Source: Mobula birostris
Lineage: Eukaryota
Length of the DNA stretch: 64,000 bases
NCBI RefSeq assembly: GCF_030028105.1
Contig: NC_092390.1
Location: forward strand, 39,972,777-40,036,776
Reading direction: 5' to 3'
Position 1 is the first letter of the stretch; each line of letters opens with the position of its first letter. Positions 10,623-23,990 of this stretch are shown here, piece after piece. Under the pieces are notes generated by a model. It made no database searches, was not told the origin of the DNA, and saw nothing but the letters and a program-made list of their open reading frames with translations. The translations under genes were made by a program, and so were the position numbers.

Positions 10623-12504
10623 ATAGATATGTAATGGAGAGTATATTAATTGGCTGCATTGCAGCCAGATATGGAAACACCAATGTCATCGAGCAGAAAA
10701 CCCTACAAAAAGTAGTGGCAATGGCACTGTCCCTCACGGGAAAAGCCCTCCTCACCAATGAGAACATCTACATGAAACGTTGTTGCAGGAAAACGGCGTC
10801 CATCGTCAGGGATCCTCACCGCCCAGGACATGCTCTCTTCTCATTGCTGCCATAGGAAGAAGGGTCAGTATCCTCAGGACTCTCAGCACCAGTTCAGGAA
10901 CAGTTATTACCACCCAGCCATCAGGCTCTTAAACCAAAGGAGATAACTTCACTCAGTTTCACTTGCCCTGCATTGAAATCTGCCTACAACCAATGGACTC
11001 ACTTTCAAGGACTCTTCTCCCCATGTTCTTGATAATATTTATTATTTCTTTCTTTCTTCCTGTATTTGCAGAGTTTGTTGCCTTTTGCACAATGGTTGAA
11101 TGCCCAAGTTGCTGCTGTCTTTCATTGATTTTATTATGGCTATTATTCTATGGATTTATTGAGTATGCCCACAACAACAAGGATTCTCAGGGTTGTATAA
11201 TGTGACATGTACGTACTTCGATGATAAATTCACTTTGAACTTTGAATAGTGTTTGTCAGATATCACTCACACCTGATAAACGTCTCAGAACCCTAAGAAA
11301 GAGGTGATTTAAGATATTTAATGGAATCTGAGTTATTCGTGTTTGGAAATATTATCAACAATTTTATTATACAATCTGTAGCTTCACTTGTATGTGCTCG
11401 TACATTGGGTTTAGTGCCTTAGGACATTGATTTAATGGATAATGCTTCTGCTATTACTTGGCATTAAAATTACATGCTGCAATAATGACATTTCAGAGAG
11501 ACACGTAATCCTATGAATGTAATCTATGATTTATTATGAAACTGTAACTTGGTGCAGAAGAATTTATTATATTTTACAATATTACAAAAATGTGTTTGCC
11601 ATTGTCCATTTTACATCAATATTAAATTATGGAATCTTGATACACGTAGTGAAATGTCTTTACCTTCATTGTAAATTCTCATTTCCTGCACAACAGGACA
11701 GCATTGTCAGTAGCATCTTTCATACTGAAGGAAAAAAAGCAAGTTCGTGTTTCTCATGAGCAAACTTTTATTTTGCCCAGGGCGCCTCTTAATTGGACTA
11801 TTTATTGCAAATGGTAATGAGAAATTAAACACGTCACATGCAGATTTTTAGTGTGTTGATTAGGCATGAATTGCAGGAGAGTTACAGTCCTTAACAAGTC
11901 ATTAACCCAGGAAAACAACCAATTTGCAAAATGGTCCCCTCATGTTTTTTTAAACTCAGCATGGGAAAAGTGATTCATTGATGACACTGCAGTGTAAAAT
12001 CGGATTTCTATGCTGAAGTTGTCAAGTTTATAAAATCAGAAGTGATTAACGTGCATCATGAAACAAGGGCCTTTTGGGAGGTTGGCAGAGCAGCCATAGG
12101 AGATGAGCCACGTGGTCTTACAACCAAGATTTGGATGATAAAAAGATATTCGTTCTGAGTCACATATCTCTCAAAATCATCATTTTTCTGTAAAAGCAAC
12201 TGAGCCTGTGGGGCTATCACTAGAACCCACAGGATTATCCCTAGTGATAACATAACACAGTTAGAAGGAGACCAATAAGAACACTATGGCTGTGGCTATT
12301 GCTGACTTCAGTTCATCCAGTTCATATGATGCTAGGCATCGGCACCAGGTTAACCACTGTTAATGTGGACCATGGATCTAGAAACCAAGACTAGGCCTGG
12401 CCCAACTAGACTAGGTCTGCAGGTCCAACAATTAGGAAGGCCAGTGGAATGTTGGAATCTATTGGAAAGGGAATGAAGTTTCAAAGTAGAGATTTCAAAG
12501 CAGG

Positions 12505-13530
12505 GGTGTTTCAAAGCATGCTTAGCCCCCTGCTCTACTCACCTTATACTTAAAAGTGTCAGGCTAAGTTCAGCTCCAATGCCATTTTTAGGTTTGCTGA
12601 TGACACCACTCTTGTTGGTCAAATCAAATGCAGAGATATATCAACGTATAGGAGGAAGATTGAAAGTCTGGTTGAGGGTGTCACAGCAACTGCCTCTCAC
12701 TTAATGTCAACAAAACCAAAGAGCTGATTATTGAGTAAAGGAAGAAGAAACACGAACAAGAAGTCTATGAGCCCATCTTCATTAAGAGATCCAAGGTGGT
12801 TAGGTCGGTAACTTTAAATTCTTTGTTATTATCATATCAGACGATATGTCCTGGGAGCAGAACATGAGTGCCATCACAAAGAAGGCACAATAGCACCTCT
12901 ACTTTCTTTAGAGTTAATGTAGATTCATCACCTTATCAAAAGCTTGGACAAACTTCTATAGATGCACAGTGGAGAGCATACAAACTGATTGTATCACAGC
13001 CTGGTATGGAAACACCAATGGCCCGGAATGGAAAAGCCAACCAAAAGTGATGGACACAGCCCTGTCCATCACAGTCAAAATCCTCCCCGCCATTGAGCAC
13101 ACGTACATGGAGTGCGCCACAAGAAACCAGAAACCATCATCAATGTCCTCCCCCAGCCTGGCCATGCTCTCTTCCCACCACTACCATTGGGCAGGGTGTA
13201 CAGAAGACTTAGATCCCACCCAAACAATTTCAGGAACAGTTAATACTTTTCAATCATCAAATTAATACAGTTAATACTGTTTAATCATCAACATCTCTGA
13301 ACTGATTCTACAACATACAAAGTCTCTTTCAAGGACGATTTTTCTTATTTTCATAATTTGTGTTCTTTTGCACATTGGTTTTTGTCAGTCTTTATTTATG
13401 AATAGTTTTTCATAAATTCTATTATGTTTCTTTATTTTTCTGTAAGTGCCTACAAGAAAATGAATCTCGTTAGTAAGTATATGGTAACATATACATACGT
13501 TGATAATATATTTTACTTGCACTTTGGTTT
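12505..13530 (+). mobile_element. Degraded Rex1/Babar-type LINE fragment
   Basis: AGCCCCCTGCTCTACTCA, TTTGCTGATGACACCAC, ESIQTDCITAWYGN, homologous to the 8446-11250 copy. Confidence 0.8.
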
Positions 13531-14299
13531 TGAAGGCCATGGTGGGCAGATTGCTGGTTTATGTGGAAATTGTTATTGGAAATAGACAAGGAAGTGGTGA
13601 AGGTCCAAGATCAGATCAGATAAAATCTTATTGAATGATAAAGAAAGCTTGAGGCACATCTGGCCTGTTACTGCTTCCACATGTTCTTATAGCTGGTCCC
13701 TGAGTCCAGATGGGGCCTATAGAGAGGGGCCAGAGACTCAGGGATCACATTGGGCCAGTCCTAGACTGGGGATTTGTCCAAATTCAGGTCCATATCTACA
13801 TAGGTGTAGGCACTGGATATCATACTGGTGGCAATAGAATTATCACTGTAACATATGTACAGTATAGATGCATGCAGGTCTATCATTACATGATAATTTA
13901 CTATATTGATAGCTATAGTTCTGTATTTTTACAAAGAGGGAGCATTATTGGTGGGCACAGATATTTACCATATAATTTTGGGTACAGTACTGTGAACCAT
14001 AGGTCTCTAGTTGGCAATAACTGTAATTTCAAAGCGATCTTTTAAGGAACTGGTATAAGGGACAATGGGCTTCAGATATTTTGGATCACCATCCCTGCTG
14101 TCCTAGATTTTACTTTTGTTAGAAATGGGTGTGTGTGCATGAACTTGCAGCAGTCCCAGCTGTAGCTGACAATGGGATGATTATTGAAGCTGGGCAGCAA
14201 GGAAACCAATCCATTTCACTGATATTAAGTGGCTGGAGATGTCTGCACTTTTAGAGAAGAACGGTGTGATCAGCAATTTTACTAAGGAAATGAAAGAAT

Positions 14300-14745
14300 A
14301 GAAATTTACAGAATGGAAACTGGCCCTTTGGCCTAACATCCACACTGACCTAATTGCTTATCTACACTTAATACCAATTGCCTGTGCTTGGCCCATGTCC
14401 CTCTAAACCATACCCATCCATGTATCTGTCTAAATATCTTTTAAATATTGCAATCATATCTATATCTACAAATTCCTCTCATTCTATATATCCATATGAC
14501 CTTTTTGCCCCACAAATCCCTTCCAAGCTTTTCTCTCCAGAGTTTATAAACTTGTGTCCTCTTGTTTTAGACTCCCTTACCCTGGGAAAAATATTATGTC
14601 CATCTTAGCAATGCCTCTCATAATTTTATAAACCTCTATAAGGTCACCTCTTTGCCTACTTTTCCCCAGGAAAACTGTCTCATCTTATCCAATTTCTCCT
14701 TTTAACTCAATCCCTCCAGTCCTGGCAGCATCCTTGTAAATCTTA
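14300..14745 (-). mobile_element. Old CR1 3' fragment
   Basis: Degenerate reverse CR1 3' end (AAACTTGTGTCCTCTTGTTTTAGACTCCC; TTATAAACCTCTATAAGGTCACC). Confidence 0.6.
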
Positions 14746-14749
14746 AACA

Positions 14750-14880
14750 CGACAAAGTCTGCAGATGCTGGAAATCCAAAGCAATACACACAAAATTCTG
14801 GAGGAACTCAGCAAGTCAGGCAGCATCTATGGAAATGACTAAACAGTCGATGTTTCAGGTGGAGACCCTTCTTCAGGACC
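14750..14880 (-). mobile_element. Penelope-like pLTR fragment with degenerate hammerhead
   Basis: Minus strand GTC-CTGAAGA-AGGGTCTCCACCT-GAAA-CATC-GACTG at 14878-14844. Confidence 0.7.
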
Positions 14881-17800
14881 TTGTGAATCTATTCTGCAAC
14901 CTTTTTAAGCTGACGTTCAAAAACAGCTCTTTCAAAGTTAGTCAGATTTTAGAAACAGATATCTTATCTTCTCTGACTCAAGATTGTGTTTTACATTGTC
15001 CATGCTTCCATTAAGCCTATGCTGAACTGGAATGCTGTGTTAAACACTGGCTCCTTCTAGTTCTGCCCTCAAGCCCTACATGCAATAAACCCCTCTCCAG
15101 ATTTTGCTCAGTGTTCCCAATAACTTTTAACCCACCATGACTAGAGAAGAGCTTTGCAAAGTGCATGTGGCTTCACACTTTATTCTGCTGCCAAGGTTTT
15201 ATCCATCCATTTTGTGGACAGTGCTTATTCCAATCCTCCCTCTTCCTGAGTGTATTTACAAGGTTGAAGGCCATGTTGCACACTGGGCCTCATTACTGAG
15301 GATCAGGCTGGCTTGAAGATTGACAATGGTACTTACAATGGAAGCCATGATGTTTACTGGGAATGCAGGCCCAGTGCCATGTCCTCTGAAAAGCAGACTG
15401 TGGCAAGTCTTGTATCTGCACCAGTCCAATGGTTAAAAAATCACCTTTAGGCACCACATTAGCCCCATGTCTGCTTTAGGAGTTGCCAGAATTGCCTGAA
15501 ACAGCATCCAATGCAAATTCCATTTGCAGCATCTTTTCCACTTTATAAACAGCATATCTTCAGGAAATGACAATCTCTGCAGTACAGATAAACTAAATTT
15601 ACCCTAGTATATCTTAAAGCAAAAAACATCAGGAGCACAGTAACCACATCAAGCCACTTTGATTCCTTGTCATCCATTATACCTAGCTGCAAAATACCTC
15701 AAGTATATAGTTGATCTCAGCTGCTCAACTTTCCTATCTGTTTTCATCTAATGTCGAATCATTTTATTGTAACTCGGGGGGGACCATGTGCTACATTACA
15801 AGGCCCTAAATCATTGCAGCAACATATTTTAAGATTTTTATTAATGTATGAAATATTTCTTTCTTTGTTTCAGCTTTGCTTCATAAACTTCCCTTTGCTG
15901 ATGTTTACTTTGGTTAGGTTTTTATTTTTACCCTCTTGGTCATAATCTGCCAGAACAGACCGTGCACAGCCTTCCCCATTCTACCCCCAACCCCAAGGAT
16001 TAAAGCACCTGTCAGATTTCATCCTGCTTTTTCCAGTGAAGATCAGTGAGGGTTATGAATGATCCAGATTCATTCCACCAATTGTCCAGTTGGATGGGCA
16101 GAAATCCGTTCCATATTTTGGGAGGTAGAGAGAATGTATTTGCAAGACAGAGGGTTCTAATGGCTAGAGAATATACATGATTGGTGTATATCTGGTGTTG
16201 AGAAAGGGAACAAATATGTGACGGCTAATTAACATAGAATTTTTCCAGCTTTAATCAACATCAGATTAATTAGCTGCAAAGTGCATTACTTTGACTTTTA
16301 CATTTCTATTGATATGGCTTATGGAGGATAAACAGTGACTAATATAGGATATCTCTTGCAAAGTAAAACAGCTGGAAATAGTACAACATTTTACAGCCAT
16401 TGTCTATATTGAATTTCTATAATATTGGATCACTGTTTCAAAGCTTTTAGTGTATAGAAATATCAGTGTTACTTCTTATCTACTTAATGAAAGTTTTGTT
16501 GAGAAGACAAAGCAGGCTGAAGAGGGAGATGCAGTGATTTTAGGATTTATTAAATATTGCTTAAGAAAATTATTGTATTCTTGTGCTATTTGGAAAGCGT
16601 TACCCCTTTAATTCCAGTCACCATTAAGTATATATACTAATATATAAAATGCAGATTTCTATGACTGGATTTTCTACCGTTAAAATACATGGTTATATTG
16701 TGCACATGTTACATAACTTCCATACATTACTTATAAAGTGATTGGTGTGAAAATTTTAGCTCCAGTTGTCCAGCAACATTATGTGCACCGCTTGGGCATG
16801 TCAGGTAGTTACAGTGTGTGTTCGTGTGTTGAACAGCCATTTTTATAAATGTGGCTCCATGAGCAGCTCCGAGCTTTGAATTAGTTCTTTTAATAGCTCC
16901 TCTCCTTTTGGGCCTCCTGATGGTACTGATCACATCCCCCTGTCCCGGCACATTCCGTGGTCTGAAACTGCAACTCCCTGACCTGCACCATCTCTAGCTC
17001 CCCTATTTCTGCCCAACCAAATCTCTGATTGTCCCTGACCCTAGCCCCGAACTCTAAGGCCCTAATATGACACAAAACAGGACCTGTGACTGAAGCTCCA
17101 ACCTGATCTCTGACTCAACCCATGAATAAGATTCTGATCCCTAGCTGAGCCCTGAACCCTGATCCAGGACCCAATAAAACACCTGACTCAATCTTTGACT
17201 GAAAAATCCCTTAACATGCTCCCCATCATCTAAGTGATGATAATTTCTCTAACTCTCCATAACTGCGCCCCTGTTCCATTCTTCCTGCTTTTATTGAAGC
17301 CCTGCCTTAGGCCTGAGCCCTTGAGCTTCCAGCCCTTCCAACCTACGACCCCTGAGACCCAGCTTCATATTTGCCTGATTCCATCCTTTACACTCAATGC
17401 AATAGTACAGTGTGCAAATGAAAATGTATAAGGCATGATTTGATATTTGTTGGATGCTGCTGAATATTATTCAGGTTGGTCTGCAACTAAGATATTGATT
17501 GGTGTTTTGAGCGATGACACTTCAATGTCTCACTCAGACTGAATAAATTTCAATGCTAAGACTGTAAAAATAATAATTTATTTATTAAAAAATACCATAA
17601 TCTTCGGTAAAAATCATTGTTTTGTTGTAGGCTGGGAAATCTGATGCCATTCCAGTTAATATTCTAATTTACACTTGAAGGTTTAGATTCTGCTGTCTAG
17701 AAATGTATCTCCAGAGGAGATCACATGGCAGCATATGATATACTATTGACGTTAACTTCGGCGGAACTGAATTCCAGCAGAATGCGTAACCACAATTCTC

Positions 17801-17989
17801 TCTTATATTTAATGCTAGTGATCGAGGATGAATTCCTAGTTAGCTGTATAAGTGGAAAGTTTTCACTCTGATTGGTTGATGAGGTGTACTTGTGCTTACT
17901 CTGCTTGATTTAGGTTTGGCCAAGGCTACTTGAATCCAAACTCTAGTCCGTGCATATACCAAAGAACTGAATTCAAAGGATGAGGAATA

Positions 17990-18400
17990 AGTGACTGCCA
18001 TTGATATCAAAGCAGCGATTGACCTAGTGTGATATCAATGAGCCCTGACAAACCTGAAGTCAATTAGTACCAAGTGGAAAGGGTCATGCCTTCCAGAAAG
18101 GTGAATTGGTTGTGATTGATGGGAGTCAATTATCACAGCTCCAATACAACAGGGGCTCCTTAGGGCATTGACCTAGTCCCAGTCGTCTTCAGCTACTTTA
18201 CAAATGAGATTCATTCCATGATAAGGCCAGAAGTGGGGAGCACCTCTGGTGATTGTACAATGTTCATTTCCATTCTCAATTCCTAAATGAGCATGTAGCA
18301 AGACATGACAACATTTATGAGCAAATATGTGTTACGTAACATTCAGGTTACCAGCATTGTGGAATGACTATGTTCATTGAGAGAGTGTCTAATCACCTAC
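17990..18400 (+). mobile_element. Degraded CR1/L2-group RT fragment
   Basis: TTGATATCAAAGCAGCGATTGACCTAGTGTG resembles LDIKAAFDRVW; ACAGGGGCTCCTTAGGGC resembles the GVPQGS region. Confidence 0.5.
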
Positions 18401-18504
18401 TCTTGATGGTCATTTGTAAAGATCCCATTTCATCAATATGCTGGTGGAGGAAGTGGGGGGTTAAGGGTGTGGTTGGGGGCAGGGATTATGGTGGTGAGGG
18501 GTTA

Positions 18505-21500
18505 CATTTACCAGAAGCTCTTATGAAACACAATGAGAAAATTTCCAGACAGAGCCTGGAGATACATGACCTCCAGGTCATTGTTCATCAACCATTGCAG
18601 GCACGCAGCTAAAGTCACTCAGGTGAGGCTGTCGGTCACTCTACGGAGCCTGCCTATCTTTCAACCCCAGAGATATTCGATGGTGATCCAGGTTCTAGCC
18701 ATGGCTTCCTTATGCAATGCTCATTAGTATCTGGTTCCCTTCAGAGCACGAAAATGTGGCCTTCATCATCTCTCTTCTGAATGGAACCAGTGTACATTGG
18801 GAACATAGGTCAGAGAGTTGCTGAGATTTGGAGGAAATTAGGGTAGCCATGAGGAAGTTGTTTCATCATCCTGCCGGAACCAGCTGAGCCTCGGACTGCC
18901 TGATGAAGATTCGACAGGAGGGACAGTCAGCGACTAACTACACATTTGAATTCTGAATCTTGGCCCAGGAGAATGGTTGGAATGGGGAGGCCTTGGCCAC
19001 GGTATACCGCCACGGACTCCAGGATGAACTAAAGGATGAGCTAACTTGGGAGAGCCAGCAGGGGAATTAGAGGTTCTGATTGACCAGTCCATCCATTAAT
19101 AGTCTGGTTGAGCAAAAGTGGGACCACTTCAGGAGGTTGAAGAGAGCCAGTCTAAGCCCAGTCCCTATGTACTGCAGTTCCACTCCCCAACCTCGGACCA
19201 TAACCGGCCCATCACCCACTCAAGATCCAGTTGAACCCATGCAGGTCGGTTGCACCAGGCTCTCCGCCGATGAGATGTCCCAGTGTCGGAGTCAAGGTTA
19301 CTGCTTTTACTGCAGGGAGGCAGGTCACCTGTGAGCCAAACGTCTGAAGCTGCAGCTACCTGGGGAACTGCTAAGACCATCCAGTGTCAGGAGGACTCTG
19401 ATGGTAGCAGCACTACTCCCAATCCCATGAATTCTGATTTCACACTGAAGTTGGAGTTCACCTGGGGTAAGAACTTGGGGCAGATGAAGGCTTCTGTGGA
19501 CCCGGGGGCGGTGGGTAATTTTCTGGATTTATAAACACCTCTTAGTTTGACATGCCATGTGAGTGTTGATCCAGTCCTTGCTGGTAACTGTCTTGGATGT
19601 CCGACTGCTAGGTTCCAGGCAGATCCAGCAACAGGCTGTGGAATTGCAGATGAGGATAGGGGATCATGTGGAAGACATTAATTTCTACATTATTAACTCT
19701 CCACTCATACCTCTGATCCTCGGGCACCCTTGGCTGTCCCAGCGTAACCCATCAGTGGACTGAGGAGAGGGAAGAATCATTGCTTGGACCGGTCATCGTA
19801 AGAGGCTTTGTTTATGTCCAACACCCAGACCCTTTCATGACCAGCAACCTGTAAGGGGGTGGGCGTCAGTGCGGGGGAGCCTGAGACTTCCTGGAGACCT
19901 AGTCCAGTCCTCAAGAGCAAACAAACTGGATCTGGCCAATGGGACAGTGCAAGTCCCAACCCAGTCTGGTCGGAATCCCTCAAGAACTACAGAGAAGGGA
20001 TTTCTAGGTCAGGAGAAGATCAAAGAGATGCCCATGAAATCTGAGAGACTTGCTGCTAAGTTGAAGGGAACTGGTAGTCAGGACTCAAGGAAGAGAAAGA
20101 CTCCTTTATGCAGATCCTTGAAGCCTATTCTCAGGGATGCAAGAACCCTCTGTAATATCCCCTTGCTGCTGCCTGTGGAAACAGACAGGGAGTCAGACTC
20201 TGATTTGACCACTGTTTCCACAGCTGAACTTCGTGAGCTCAGAGAGAGGACTCTGAAGCCTGTTGAATCACCCTGTCATCAAAAAAGTCTTGGGGGTCGT
20301 ATTCGAAGGAAGATTCAGAGAGGATAGTATCACTCAAACCGGTGATCCTCCGATGAACAAAGCAGCAAGGAAATCCTTTCTGTTTACAAGGACTTAGAGG
20401 AGGTTTTCCGCAAGGAAAAGGCCTTGACACTCCCATCACAGCGACCCTGCAGCCCAGTACTTGTCCTCCATGGGATCATTTGTTCACGTTCTCAGGCCCA
20501 TAGAAAAGCATCATGGAGGAGTATATAACAGAAGCTCTTGTCACGGGCTGCATTCAGCTCTCCACCTCACTCGCTGGCGCAGGCTTCTTCTCTGTACAAA
20601 AGGAAGATGGGAGCTTGCGGCCATGCATTGATTACAGGGGATTAAAATGCATAATGACCAAGAATTGCTATTCCCTTCCTTTTATGAATGCAGCTTTCAA
20701 GATGCTCCAAGGGGCAAGGGTATTCACAAAATTAGATACAATCTGGTCCATTTCAGGGAGGGTGATGAGTGGAAGATGGCATTCAATACACCAACAGGGC
20801 ACTATGAGTACCAGTTTATGCCCTTTGACCTTGCAAACACCCCAGCCATTTTCCAAGCCTTTATAAAAGACATTCTCTGGGACACTCTCGTAAGTGTGCC
20901 TTTGTCTACTTGGATAATATTCTTGTCTTCTCGAAGTCCATGGAGGAGCATGCCGCTCACGTTAGGGACATTTTAAAGAGGCTACTAATTCATGGACTTT
21001 ACGTCAAGTTGGAGAAGCCTGAGTTTCATGTGACCACTGTTTCATTTTTGGGTTTCATCATCTTTAATGGTAATCGTGAGATGGATGCTATCAAGGCCCA
21101 GGCAACCAGAGACTGGCCACCACCAGACAGTATCAAACAGGTCCAATGATTCCTGGGATCTGCTTGGTGACAGCTCTTCTGATGGCCCTAACTAAAAAAT
21201 CCATGGGCCTTTTTTTCTGGACTACTGAAGCAGAGGCTGCTTTTGCAGAGCTTAAACAGCGGTTTACTACAACTCCCATCTTGGTTTCTCCTAACTCAGA
21301 CCTTCCCTTCATTGTGGAGGTGGGTTCTTCAGACATCGGCGCCATCTTATCTCAACGATCACCTTCACACAGCAAACTGCACCCATGTTCATTCCTCTCC
21401 AGACAGCTAACCCAGCAGAGAGGAACTATGACATCGGGAATCAGGAGTTTCTTGCGGTTAAGTTAGCTTTGGAAGAATGGTGTCATTGGCTGGAGGGGTC

Positions 21501-22893
21501 CAAGAACCATTTAATTGTTTGGACTGACCATAAGAACCTGGCCTATATTCAGGAGGCCAAGAGGCTGAATTCCAAGCAGGCCATGTGGTCTTTTTGTTTT
21601 AACCAGTTTAATCTTATCCTGATCTATCTGTGGGGTCTAAGAATCAGAAGCCGGATGCCTTGTCCTGTCAGTGTGATGAACCAGATCAAGAGGAGCAGCC
21701 TACCACCATTTTGCCCCAATTCATTGGGGCATCTTTGCTCTTGTTCAGAAAATCCAAGCACAAGGGGAAATTCCTGACAATGGTCCTCTGGGTTGGCTGT
21801 TTGTCCCGAGTTCTGTCCAGTCCCAGGCACCTCAGTGGGGGCAATCGTCAAGAATAACCACACACCTTGGGGTGGCCAGGACGCTCGAATTTATCAAGAG
21901 GAGGTTATTGGTGGCCTGGAATGATGAAAGAGTTTTGGCAGTACATGCAGGCATGCAAGGTGTGTGCCCAGAACAAGAAGCACCATACCTGACCTCGAGG
22001 GCTCCTCCACCTCCAACCCGTTCCAAGAGACCTTGGGCACATATCTCCATGGACTTCATCACGGGTCTCCAGACATCCAAGGGAAAATCGGTCATCATGG
22101 TGGCTGACGATCAGTTTTGAAAGTCGGGAAGTTCATTGCCTTGGAGAAGCTACCTTCCACTGCAGAGATGGCCGAAATTGTCCCGGACCCGGTCTTCAGG
22201 ATCCACTGATTCCCGGCGGACATTGTCTCGGATCATAGTCCACAATTCTCATCACATATCTGGAGGGCTTTCTGTAAACTGAATGGGGGAACAACAAGCC
22301 TTTCCTCTGGGTTTCACCCACAGTCCAATGGCCAGACCAAATGGACCAACCAAGAATGAGAACGTACCCTGGAGATGACTACCCCACCTTCCACATCTCT
22401 AAATTAAAATTTGTCTGCACCAAGCCCCTTAGCCCCACTATCATCGGCCCCACCACCACCTAGGTTTATCGATGGGTAACAGGTCTTCACGGTGAAGAGA
22501 CTTTTGGATCAGCATACGTCCTGAGTCCAACACTTATCTACAACCAGGGCCATCAGGAGTCGGCCGTAGGGGAATGGGTCCCGTTACAAGATGCTCCCAA
22601 CCACGCCAGCTTCCGAGATTTAAACACTCTAACTCTCCAAATTACCGATAGCTGGTGAGGCCTCCTTGAAGGCTTTGGGCATTTCTGTTAATTGATAATC
22701 ACGTTTTGGGTGCCAAGAATTGAGTATTTAAGGAACACCTAAACATAGGTTCAATGCTCAATCGTAAGCCTATTAGTGATATCGTCTAGCGTTTGATTTG
22801 TGCTCTGATCCAGTTTAGTACCGTGCCTCAAACCTTGCTTCGGATACCTCAGCTTTTGGGTCCAAACCATTCTCGTCAAGGTCTTTCGTCACA
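18505..22893 (+). mobile_element. Degraded Ty3/Gypsy (chromovirus, Sushi-like) LTR retrotransposon lacking its 5' LTR
   Basis: gag (EPAYLSTPEIFDGDPG; IRQEGQSATNY; zinc knuckle CFYCREAGH), protease (VDPGAVGNF), RT ([23 protein letters not shown]; LDNILVFS), RNase H (NYDIGNQEFLAVKLALEEW), integrase (RPWAHISMDFITGL), chromodomain start (IDG*QVFTVKRLLD); many stops and frameshifts. Confidence 0.92.
22582..22893 (+). mobile_element. Putative 3' LTR of the Gypsy element
   Basis: Follows purine-rich AGGGGAATGGG; begins (c)GTTACA and ends GTCACA; no 5' partner seen. Confidence 0.5.
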
Positions 22894-23602
22894 ACAGGTC
22901 CCCTCCAAACTGGAAGCCATTCTTACTTGGAAATAAATTGTTCTCCCTTTGTCTAAATCTTGGAACCGAATGCACTGTGTGAGGACCTTTAGCAGAAAGA
23001 CTGCAGTAGCTTTTAGGAAGGAGGCTGACAACCACCTACTCAAGAGCAGCAGGGAGTGTCCTCAGCAGGCCCTTTGTTTTAACATATTTTTTAAAAAATT
23101 GCTCCATGATTCCATCAATTGCTCAAAAATTGTTTACACATTTTTATGGATTTTATCAGGTATTTATTACTGCTATGTACAGCCTGAAAAAAATATTATT
23201 CCCACTAATCCATTAAATACCCTTCAAGGAATGTTGGTGGACTGAATTTTCTTTATCTCCTTAAGTAATTTCCATACCAATTCCAGGTCAACCCAGTATC
23301 TGACTCTACCTTGGCACTTGGAATGAAAATCTATCCATAAAAAATTAACAAGATTACATACCATTTAAAGGAATAAAAAAAAAATATATATGCACTAACA
23401 GGGCTTGCTGCTGTGTTCTGGGAACGGCACTGTAAATTAGTAATTGAAATATCAAAAATTATTTTAGTCACACCAGTTATGAACATGTAGGAGGCAGCTT
23501 TGCATCAAGAAGTTAAATGCTTAAATACTGATTTGGAATCTAGATTCCATATCCATATTTGAAAATGATATTTGAATTTATGAACTATATCACATACATA
23601 TT

Positions 23603-23605
<3 letters not shown>

Positions 23606-23650
<45 letters not shown>
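23606..23650. repeat. (TA)n microsatellite
   Basis: Seen directly. Confidence 0.98.
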
Positions 23651-23656
<6 letters not shown>

Positions 23657-23990
23657 AAAATAATTAAATTTTAGAATTCTATAACCCAGGAGAAACACCT
23701 TGCAAAACAAAAACTGGAGTATCAATCATATTTTGTTACGTTTTCACGACCTGGGAGTGTAAATTTGACTTCATTCCTGGTGTGAATCAGAAGGTCATAG
23801 TAAAAGTAATTCTCCACTAGATTTCACAGTGCACAAGAACAAGTTAAATGTGTATAATTATATCAGAGCAGATACATGTCCAGGTACATGGGGTAGTGGG
23901 TAGTGGCTCCATATTGTCACTACTACAGGGCGTGATGACCCTGTCTTACACGAGTCCTGGGCTCAGCTGGTTCCGGCTGACAGTACCCGG

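Larger units (their letters stand above)
8446..11250 (+). mobile_element. Rex1/Babar-type LINE, 5'-truncated, interrupted by three nested insertions
   Basis: RT motifs [37 protein letters not shown] (8486-8800); resumes at ~9324, 9993 and 10623 (ESILIGCIAARYG...PGHALFSLLP); TTTGAACTTTGAA tail near 11235-11247. Confidence 0.85.

Noticed and set aside
23152-23245. TTTTATCAG|GTATTTATTACTGC as the TdT GLLLYYD exon
   Set aside because: Translates GIYYCYVQPEKN...* with no further similarity and an in-frame stop
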